A stretch of 64,000 nucleotides of DNA, from assembly GCA_951406725.2 (NCBI GenBank), contig OX597815.1, positions 203,918,001-203,982,000 on the forward strand, read 5' to 3'. The notes beneath the pieces are model-generated. The model ran no database searches. It worked only from the letters and a program-made list of their open reading frames with translations, and was not told the origin of the DNA. Each line of letters starts with the position of its first letter. Position 1 is the stretch's first letter. This stretch comes from Octopus vulgaris (Eukaryota). Of the stretch, positions 52,846-64,000 are shown in pieces. Made by a program: the position numbers and the translations under genes.

Positions 52846-52986
52846 CTAGAACGTTATGTATAATATTGTGATATTTTTCTGTTTTATCCATACCTTCGTG
52901 AGTTATTTTGAGTAAACATTTTCTGAGAGAAATTTTCTTAAGTAGTGGAAATGGCTAAAAACTTTTTGGCTGCTATTTCTAGAAAG

Positions 52987-53031
<45 letters not shown>

Positions 53032-53431
53032 GAAATAGAAAGATGATATATATATTTCTTCATACAATATATATATATATATATATATATATTGTATATA
53101 TAGAGAGACACACATGAGCCACTCCTAATTCATTCTTCCTTGACCTTAAACAACACTAAGCCCTACCACACACATAGATTAACAGCCACAACCACACACA
53201 CACACACACACACACACACGTGTTATCATTGCACACATACACACACACGCAGACTTGCGCGCACGCACATATCCACACTTACATACACATACCTCCTTTT
53301 GCACTCTCCTGTCTTTGAAAGAACTTTTTCTTCACCCATTCCCTTCCGGTCATTCAAAATGTGACCGCGTGTGTACCGTTGGCGATTTTTTTTCCTCCGT
53401 CTTCCCTTCTTTGGACCTTTCCTTTTCCTAT

Positions 53432-53467
53432 GTTTCTGACGAAGAGCTCCGCTCGAAACGTTGAAAC
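53432..53467 (+). ncRNA. Minimal hammerhead in PLE-like end 53290-53570
   Basis: GTTT-CTGACGA-A-GAGCtccGCTC-GAAACGTT-(G)AAAC. Confidence 0.75.
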
Positions 53468-53564
53468 CCTCCTTCTTTCCTTCTTTCCTGAGCGTCCAAT
53501 AATGCTATACTTGTTCCACGTCCTCGCGTTGTTGTGTTTTCTCTTTCTGTTTTCATGTTTGGAT

Positions 53565-53613
<49 letters not shown>

Positions 53614-55724
53614 CATATATACATACATAGGTTCCCGGGTTTGGGTATAATAGAAGTTATTTATTAGACGATATTTCGTGAATGAGGAAAGATGATAGTA
53701 TGTCCGCAACACTGTAGTAAAGCAGATTCATATTGGTACAGCCGCATTATACGATCAAAAAGCTGCTGATCAAAAAGAATGTTTAACTACTGTAATGTAG
53801 GTGAGGTAACCACGTCCAACATTATATTTATTGTTGTGTCTATTCCCTTATTTACCTAATTATGTTAGTGTTTGACCCGTGACAATTAGGTATCTAGAAA
53901 TTGTTCTGAAGAAACTTGCTCCAATGGCGATAATATTTTAGATCTGTGATGGGGCAATGTAGCTTGTTAAATTAAAATCTGAACTACCACTGTTGGACAC
54001 AGTCTGTTTTTATCTCTCGATATATGAGTGAGTTTTATCAACAATACCTCAAGTCATTGAACCGCTTTCAGATTCCTGCTTCTTTGATTTTGTACATTAA
54101 TTTGGAAAAGATTAATAAAAGTTCCCTTGTTCGTTGACCAATATCTGAAGGGATTTCCAATGGCAACGTGAAGTGAAAGTGTCTCACAGTTGGCTTCGTG
54201 TGACTCCTTTATTCTTCTTAAAACATTCTGTAGAGACTGCATTCACATAAACAGATGAAATCAACTCTTTATAAAAAGAGTTCTTAATAGCGAAATGCTT
54301 TTGTATTTTTATCAATATTTAGGTTCAATGCAAATAGTGAACAATGAGATGTCTTAACAACGCTGTAATTATTTCACTCCTTAAATATACCAAGAGATCT
54401 AGTAAGTGCAGGGACATTACAGTAGTTTACTAAATTTATTTATAAATATGAAAATTGAAAGATGGAAACAACTACTTGTGTTAAACTTACGTCTCCCATC
54501 GTCCAAAATCAATTTTTTTATAGGTTCGATATTCCTATTTCACCACATGCTTTGAATAAGTTTTCAGATATATAATGGATATTTTATACATAACGAGAAT
54601 GTCTAAAATCGGGTTTTTCCATTTCATTATGGATATCTCTTTCACACTAACTGCTAAACCTACGGAGACTATCCGAGAAGGATAACGACAGCCTATCTAA
54701 TATTATTTGGTGGCCTTTGGAAAGGCGTGAGCATCAAAACAGCACGTCTTTCCTACTGTATCTATGAAAGCTTGCAATATCTGGAGGAACTCAATACTGA
54801 ATATATGAACAGATGAATAAGGACGTTCAGGTGAGTCTCTGTAGTATAATTCTGAACTAAATATATTAACCTATTTAGTTACATACACCCCGGTTCTGCT
54901 CCGATATCCTGCTGGGGTCAAATTTGCTTTTTTACCGCCAGAGATCGATAAAATATTCTTTTGCTACTGAAAAAAGTTGGTATTAAATACTTACAAGAAT
55001 GGCTTTTAATAACCACGACATAATACAAATCATCCTAAGGTGATGTTAATAGATTTATTTGTTGCTGGGTAAATCAATACAGTTAGTGTGCAATGTAAAC
55101 TGACTTTGTGATACAAAAGAAAGACAAAAACAATAAATAATATTTCCCCTTTTTATAGTCACATGGGTTATTTGATAAAGAATGAAAGCGTATTTCCTCT
55201 CTTTCATCATTTTTAGTTGCTCAAATAGCGTTTCGTTTGTCATGAGGCAAAGATATGTTGTTTCTTTTAAGGAACTAATTATCGCTTAACAGAGAGAAAA
55301 CAATAAATTTCCCGGGGAAGATGAAAGACACGAGAAAAGCAATACAGTGAGTGTGTGTTCATAATAAAATTGGTCAGTAGACCAGTAGGTATATTTTAGA
55401 GCTTGTAAGATAGCTTTATATGAAAACAACAAGGCCAAGAAAATAACAATGGAAAACCTCGTGACACAGCATCGGCAACTGAAATAGATGAAGAAACAAA
55501 TACTCGTTTGATTTGCTGATGGAATTTATTGCAGTGTATCAAAGTTGTTTATATTCTAAGCATATCACTTTCTTTCATCTCGTATTCTCTTGAAGCTGAA
55601 ACTTTGATTTATTTGCTTTCGTAGTTCAGTTTTTATCTACAGAGACACCATAAGGAAGAGATTAGTTACGTATGAGTTTTGTTCGTCTAATCAAACAAAC
55701 CCAGTCTAAAACGTAGAAACGAGA

Positions 55725-55745
55725 AAAAGAAGAAAAAGAAGAAGA

Positions 55746-55801
<56 letters not shown>

Positions 55802-55848
55802 TAGTAGTAGCAGCAGCAGCAGCAGCAGCAGAAGAAGAAGAAGAAGAG

Positions 55849-55883
<35 letters not shown>

Positions 55884-55976
55884 TGTTGTAGTGGTAGTAG
55901 TAGTGGTAGTAGTAGTAGTAGTAGTAGTAGCAGCAGCAGCAGCAGAAGAAGAAAAAGAGGTAGTAGTAGCAGCAAC

Positions 55977-56048
<72 letters not shown>

Positions 56049-56089
56049 AGAAGAAGAAGAAGAAGAAGAAGAAGAAGAAGAAGAAGAAG
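55725..56089. repeat. Compound trinucleotide microsatellite (GAA/GTA/GCA)
   Basis: Three cycles of GAA-run, GTA-run, GCA-run, then a final GAA-run. Confidence 0.95.
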
Positions 56090-56624
56090 ATCTCACATTG
56101 GCCCAAGCCAAAACATCTGGGGTAGTTATTTTATACCCCTTCTCCGCTGAGTTGATTGCGGTGGAATCCTTTTATTAATGTCCGCAGTTACAAGTTTCGG
56201 AAGTTTGCTTCACAACCAAGGGATTTTAAGATCGAATCTACCTCGTGAATTGTTGGACAAGTGTCTTTTATCATAGATTCGGATAAACAAAAGCCTCGGC
56301 ATTGAAATTTCGTACACGGAAACTATGTGGAGGTCCATTGCAATCATCGTTTCCCCTTCTTGGATACTGGACACAATCCGGTGCTCATTTGACCATCAAA
56401 ACCTTGTTCTTAGGTGATTTAGTGACACTAACTCTTGTAAGTATTCGGATGATGGCTTCTGAGTGAGAATAATTCTTCCGCTTCTTTACACCAGACTTAG
56501 AGGTTCCGAAAATCAGTTATGGGTGCTATCTTTCCACCACTGGCTAAGTTATAAACAAATAATTGTGATAATGATCATAACAACAACAGTCACATCAAAA
56601 CCAATACAAAACAACTGACACAAT

Positions 56625-56841
56625 GATGGCTTCAAATTTTGGCACAAGATCAGCAATTTCAGGGAATAGGCTCGGTCGATTATTGCGTTCCCATTGTTCT
56701 ACCGGTAGTTATATTATCGAACCCAAAAGGATGGAAGGCAAGATCGATCACGGCGGCATTTCAACCCAGAGCGTAAAGACGGATGAAATGCCGCTAAGCA
56801 TTTTGCCCGGCATGTTTAAAGATTCTGCCAACTCGCTGCCT
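56625..56841 (-). mobile_element. Old SINE family B
   Basis: Diverged head and central domain. Confidence 0.75.
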
Positions 56842-56886
56842 CAATAATACTACTACTACTACTACTAATAATAATAATAATAATAA

Positions 56887-56917
<31 letters not shown>

Positions 56918-56984
56918 AAGAAGAAGAAGAACAACAACAACAACAACAACAACAAGAACAAGAAGAACAAGAACAAGAACAAGA

Positions 56985-57212
56985 AGGAGAAGATTGTCTT
57001 AACTGGTACATCACACGTATTGAGAAGAGCATTGTCGATGTTAGAACTATTACTACCCATGTATTTTAATTTAACTTTTAAAAAAAATGAACGAACTAAT
57101 GAGTTTAGTTTAATGGCCTACCAATGTATACTATGAGTTTCTTTGCCCTAAGAGTCGGGAAGACACTCGGCAAGAAATGGAAGCAAATTTGAAAGAAGAA
57201 AAAAAAGATAAC

Positions 57213-57268
<56 letters not shown>
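56985..57268 (+). mobile_element. R4/Dong-type 3' end with (TAA)n
   Basis: KIVLTGTSHVLRRALSM, then 3' UTR and (AAT)n. Confidence 0.7.
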
Positions 57269-57269
<1 letters not shown>

Positions 57270-57270
<1 letters not shown>

Positions 57271-57466
57271 TTCCTCTCTCTACTATAGGCACAAGGCCTG
57301 AAATTTTGGGGAAAGGGGCTCAGTCGATTACATCGATCCTATTGCTTTACTGGTACCTAATTTATTGACCCCGAAAAGAATGAAAGGCAATGTCAACCAC
57401 GGCAGCATTTGAATCCAGAAAAAGGGCCAACCGGTGTGCTAAATATTCTACAAGGTCCCCACCTCG

Positions 57467-57509
<43 letters not shown>

Positions 57510-57542
57510 GAATAATAAGAATAAGAAGAAGAATAATAATAA

Positions 57543-57573
<31 letters not shown>

Positions 57574-57916
57574 AAGAAGAAGAAGAAGAAGAAGAAGAAG
57601 AAGAAGAAGAAGAAGAAGAAGAACAACAACAACAACAACAACAACACTACTACTACTACTACTACTACTACTACAACAACTACAACAACAATAGCAACAA
57701 CAAGAACAAGAATCCTTTCTACAATTCGCACAAAGCCTGAAATTTTAGTGGTGGGTGTACTCTGTTACATCGACACCTGTGCTCATTTGTTACTTATTTC
57801 CTCAACCTCAAAAAATGAAAGTCAGAGTCGATCACGTCGAAATTTCAATGCAAAATGTAAAAAGCCAGAAAAAAATACCGCTAAGCAGTTTGGCCGACGC
57901 GTCTAGATTTCTGCAA
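57270..57916 (-). mobile_element. Two old SINE B fragments (57270-57415, 57712-57916) around a trinucleotide mosaic
   Basis: GGCACAAGGCCTGAAATTTT...GACCCCGAAAAGAATGAAAGGC motifs. Confidence 0.65.
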
Positions 57917-58059
57917 GTAAATATAATGGTAATAATAGTGGTTTCACCTTTGGCTCCAGGTCAGCAATTTAAACGATTAAATAAACACCAGTGCTGATCT
58001 GCTATTGATTTTAATAAACGTTAAGGACGAAAAGCAAAGCTGACCAACGTGGACCCTAA

Positions 58060-58931
<872 letters not shown>

Positions 58932-59689
58932 AGAAAGATTTTTTAATGCATAATTGGTAGGCATAAGATTGCTGTATTAGTTCACAGAAATTTTTGCAGG
59001 AAATTTTGTTTTTCATGTACATGAAAAACAATAGCCATTTTGTTAGATTACAAATGCAAGCCTCCGAAAATATTTTATTGGGGTTGTGGTGAGACTTACC
59101 TTTTCAAGGCGAAAACAGAATAAAGACAGCAGACAGAATATGCCTGTCGTCCACAAGGAAAACGCATGCATTGAATCGATGAGGCATTCCCGTTTAAACG
59201 TAATATAGAAAGAAATGAAAAAGGAAGAATCGAGTATTGCACAAACTTGAAGTATGAAATATTCAAGTGCAGGAACAGAGAAGTTAACAAGGTTATGACA
59301 ACTGCCGATTATTACTGATGCCTTGGAAACAGTAGAAAAGAAAAGTTGAAACCATTTATTGAAAAATTTGACCTTAACCTTGGTATTAGTACAATTTTAG
59401 AACGCATGTCAATTATGCGACAATGTAATATAACAGATATGAAAACCAAAATGTACCAAAAGCACTTAATCGTAGATCACATGTTATGGTTCGATAAAAT
59501 GCATAATTAATGTCACATTTATGAAACAAGAGAACATGATGATGATGATGATGATGGTCAGTCCAGTCGATTTTGACGTATGTGATTTTGCAGAAAGGAT
59601 TAAAAGTTAAATAAAAGAAGCTTAATCTATTTGCGGTGATTGCGTGAATGTAATTTGAATCCAAGTACGAATGAAGTCACAATGGGGAC

Positions 59690-60420
59690 AATGATGATTT
59701 AGATTGATCCTGGTATCAGACAGATGCATCCATTGATTGCAGGATATAATTATTTCATTATTTTATTCCTCCATCTCAAATTGTCTTGATGCATCATGTC
59801 ACAATTTATGACACTCATATCGATCTAGGCAATAAGTTTCTCAAGATGATAAATTAGGCTGTAGGGATTCCACTGATTGTTTCAACTTATACCTAAGGAT
59901 GGGTCTTCTTTTACCATGGAATCCCACTCCTTGGCCGTACAAAAGAACTCTCGGAATGCAATCATCTTGCATTCGAAGAACATATCATCTAAAGTTGTAA
60001 CATTTGATAACTTATCTTGCCATTAATCTTGCAGACATTGCGCAGACAGTACATGGGGAGGTTTTAAAGTTTATTTATATGTCTGGAGTAGGGAGTAAAA
60101 AACTGCCTCAAAATACAAGATTTGTATACGCTTGTTTTAACTTTCAAACTGTCATAGTATTCATTCCACAAACGATGGGAAAGTTTTCCAAATACATTTG
60201 TAGCCTTATACATTCAAACATTCATTTCATCAAGTGTACTCTTAAAGTTTACTGTACTTCCAAGATATTTAAATGACCTGATGCATTTGAGTGGCTTGTT
60301 GTCAATTATTACCTTTCAATGATAATTATGTTGTGTCCCAGGTTTTGGTTGAAATAAAACTTCAGTCTTCTTAATGCTGATGGTCAACCCAAATGTATGA
60401 GCTGCCTCAGCAAAACTGTC
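59690..60420 (-). pseudogene. RTE (BovB-like) LINE RT fragment
   Basis: FAEAAHTFGLTISIKKTEV, FKYLGSTV, KATNVFGKL.HRLW, I.WQDK.SN motifs. Confidence 0.82.
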
Positions 60421-60424
60421 TTCA

Positions 60425-61720
60425 TGATGAAATTCGAGACCCACTTACTGAAGGCATTCAAATCCCTATATGGTCATGAATCAATACTCTAGTTACGGTT
60501 CATTGATAACGTCTTTTTTGGCTGGGAAGGATCACAGGATAGTTTAACTGATTTCTTGCATTTCTGCGACTGTTATGCAAAAAACTATGGCTTTAAGTCT
60601 AACATAAAATTTACGTCTAGTTTTTCAAAAACTAGCGTTAAATTTTTTAACACAAAAGTTAAGTTTTCTGGAGGCAGAATAGTGACGAAGTTATTTTGCA
60701 AGCTTACGTCATCCTACATTTACCTCCACCACCACTCCGATCATCCAAATTATATAATTCGATCAAATCCCATATCCTAATTTTTTAAGATCAAACGGAT
60801 TTGTACTGACATAGGAGATTACCGGAAACACGCAAATGCTTTTGTATATTATTATGTCAAAGGCGGTTACAGTGAATCACGATTAAATGACATAGCTAAG
60901 ATTAGGAAAGAATGTCAAACTTTCTCGCATAATTTTACCAAAGTACAATATCTGTCAGAATTCCTGTAGTGATTAACTGACACTGGAATTTTGCTGACAT
61001 TTCAAAAGTATTATATGACAGGTACCAGCATGTTGCGGAAAGATATCCTCGTTTCAAGCAAATATTTCCTCAGCTGCCTATTGTATCCTTCAGACGGAAT
61101 AAAAGTATAAGAGAACTATTAGCTTTTACTTCTGACTCCAAGAGAACTAATATTGGAGTTTCTGCACACTCTATCTTGAAAGACTGTCGCAAGAGAGTTA
61201 AGCCCTGTTCATTGTGCTACAACATGCGTCAAGTGAATTCCACCGGGAATCATAACAGAAAGGCGGGACGTGTAGAGATTCCGATTTGGTGTATGCAGCA
61301 GAATGCACAAAATACAACTTGATTTAAATTGATTGTACAAAGGAACAATTAAACAAAATATTAATTGGGCACAGATATGACGTCAGGCACAATAACGGTA
61401 GTCCGACAGAACATTTTGCATCAAACGGCTGCAATTTTGAAAAAGACCTGAAAGTGCATATTCTCAGAAAATATTCTGAATCTGCTACACTTTCAATACT
61501 CAAAATGCACGAGGAGAAATGTTTGCTGGTTATTAACATCACGCCCTGGAGAAATGAATAAAATGACATCATATTTACACAAAACTGGTTAAATATTCTC
61601 CTTGTTTATCCTTTTCTTTTCTGTTTTTCTTTCTTTTTCATTATGCCAGTTGTAAACTTGAAAATTGAACACTGATGATTTCATTCCAGCAATTTGAGGA
61701 CACTGGTTGCTCTCGTTCCT
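60425..61720 (+). mobile_element. Penelope-like element remnant: RT C-terminus, linker, GIY-YIG, decayed HHR at ~61668
   Basis: LRFIDNVFFGW...IKFT....VKF..TKV...TKLFCK.TS..IYLHH.S.HP...P.S.F..IKRICT; C..C, LVYAAEC, GHRYD, EHF; CTGATGA just downstream. Confidence 0.85.
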
Positions 61721-61994
61721 GTTTTGCATTTGAATTTCTATAATTTAGAATTTTTCTCACTTTTCATTTTGAACACGACAATGACACGCTAGCTGTCGAA
61801 ATATCGTTTAACCAACAAAATATCTATTGCAATCTCATCGCACTCTTCGTGCTGTCTATTTACGTTTGTGAAGAGTTATGTCAAGCCTTTTAAGATGTTG
61901 TTGTTGTTGTTGCTGTTGCTTTACTTCTCAGAACTTTCGGTCTTGTCTTTTCTGGTAGATTTTGTGAAAGCGGACGGCAGGCTGTTGTCAGAGC

Positions 61995-62230
61995 TATAAG
62001 TACTTGGGTATATTGGAAATGGATAAATTGATTGAGAAAGAAATTACAGACAAATTTAAGGTGGAGTACTTGCGCAAACTGAGAGTGATCCTTAAGTCGA
62101 AATTAAACGGACAGAATAAGATTGAAGCTATCGACACCTGGGCGGTTTCACTCTGTAGATAGAGAGCAGGGGTAATCGCATGGATAGTAGACGAACTAAA
62201 CAGCTTAGACAGAAAAGCAACTAGAAATGT
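61995..62230 (+). pseudogene. R4/Dong RT fragment
   Basis: YKYLGILE......EYLRKLR.ILKSKLNG.NKI.AI.TWAVS. Confidence 0.82.
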
Positions 62231-64000
62231 GGCTTCATGCATGATCAGTAAACACGTGTCGCCTTAGTCTGTTAGATGCCGCTTTAGTCTGCTAGATGTG
62301 AACAGCTGACACTTTCCCATTATACCCAGTAAAATACTGTGGGGATTTTTATGATATAATAATAATAAATTTTAGCCTAGACGCAAGGTAAAAAATTCGT
62401 AGGGAATGGTATCGTCAAGTATGTCGACCCTAGTACTTGAATAATACGAATTTTCTCGAAGTATGAATGGTGTGAGAGGAACTGAACTGAAGTAAACTAA
62501 AGGGCACTCGAATAAATAAATGAAGTTACTTTTTCCGATGCTCTAGTGACTTTACTATTACCGATTCAGCAAATGTGTAGTATATGCACAGTTTACTCAT
62601 TTTGGGGAAACACTACGCTTGATCTTATTGATCCCTGTACTCAATTGTTACTTATCAACCGCAGATGTATGGACAACAAAGTCATCTATGATTGGGTTTG
62701 AATTCAGAACATAAAATACTAAATTATATAACACAAGGATTCTTTTCTAGTGTTTCTGTTACTTTTAACGTAATGTCAAAAGAAAAGCAATATATTGTGC
62801 AATGTAGAACGGACATAAAATGCAGTGTTAAGCTTCCTAAATTTAAGTAATGGAGATATCTATTTCTGTAAACACGCAGGCAAGAACAGTTAGTAAGAAA
62901 GCACTAAGTCGAAACAAAAATGCAAATTATGAGGCATTAATCAATTGGGTAGTTTTTACTTTATAAAGAGAAATTTGTGAAATATAACTCAGTACACACG
63001 CAGACACGCGCGTGTGTGTGTGAGAGTGCTTGTATGAGTAATCTGAAAATCATATATTTATAGGCCCTTTAATTTACTTATTGTACACTAGACACCTAAT
63101 GACATAGACGCCAGAGTGCAAGGTAAATATCAACTCTATTCTCCAATCAGAGAGTAAACGGTTTGAGGCTAGAACCATTCAAAATCGCTGAAAATGTTAT
63201 TTTCAGGAAACTGTAAGACATTTAAATTTACTTGAATCATGAATTCAACTTTTCAATGCTTTTCTTTCTCTAATCTTTGTCAGACAGAAATCTTCCTTCA
63301 GATCTCATCCCAAGCCGTAGCCCTCTACTTTCCACATTCGTTTTACCTGACAGAAATGGCTCCTTCTTAAATATATTATGCAATGTTTGAAGTGATGGCT
63401 TCTTTGGGGAAAACAGACAATAAATTATTAAAATTCTAGAATCATCCCAATAACAGAAAACTTGCACCATACACATAAACACACAAACTAAAGTACAAAA
63501 AGCTCATTGAACCAGAATAAAAAAAAAAATTGATCCACAATAAAAAAAAAAATTCAAGTCATGAGAATTGATGTTCTGTTACAATACCGTTCCAATGACT
63601 TTGCCTCACCTAGTACACGGACTGCTCGGTAATAAATGGGACTATGTGTAAATGTCACATGCTGAATAGGGTGTCCAATGTAATACAAACAGCCTCGGCG
63701 TACCTTAATATAATAAACCTCACCATGCTACATCCATAATACCTGAAACAAATTGACACTGGTGCATAAAAAGCAATACATACACACATTCCTAATTGTA
63801 TATCAATGGGGCTAAACCTGCCATACCACAGTAGATGCCTCGTAACATATCGAAATCATGTATTCAGTGCAGAGATACTTCAAATGACAATTAGTTACAG
63901 AGAAAAATATGAACATGAAATGTAAACCTAGACGTTAAAAAGGATATAGAAAGCGAAGTGTAGGTAATCGTTCCACCACCAGCCCCATCAATCGCTTTGT

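Noticed and set aside
55662-56178. Poly-S/A/T and poly-V/E/A ORFs
   Set aside because: Trinucleotide mosaic open in several frames; no splice or domain support.

Overview
AT-rich, microsatellite-laden eukaryotic non-coding DNA with no host gene I can support; nearly all ORFs in the track are microsatellite or SINE read-throughs. The repeat content resembles an Octopus (coleoid cephalopod) genome, which is inference from family recognition. It includes five SINE families (A-E below, most with tRNA-derived heads), fragments of R4/Dong, RTE and CR1/Jockey-type LINEs, Penelope-like (PLE) RT/GIY-YIG remnants, non-autonomous Helitrons, and hAT and Tc1/mariner ends. The main unannotated signal is a dense set of about 15 intact to degenerate type-I hammerhead ribozyme (HHR) motifs. 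Many sit in 100-500 bp fold-back palindromes within or beside (TA)n tracts. Some cores swap the C3-G8 pair compensatorily (G3-C8, U3-A8), and one element joins a tRNA-like Pol III head to an HHR. All folds were done by eye; none was tested computationally or experimentally.
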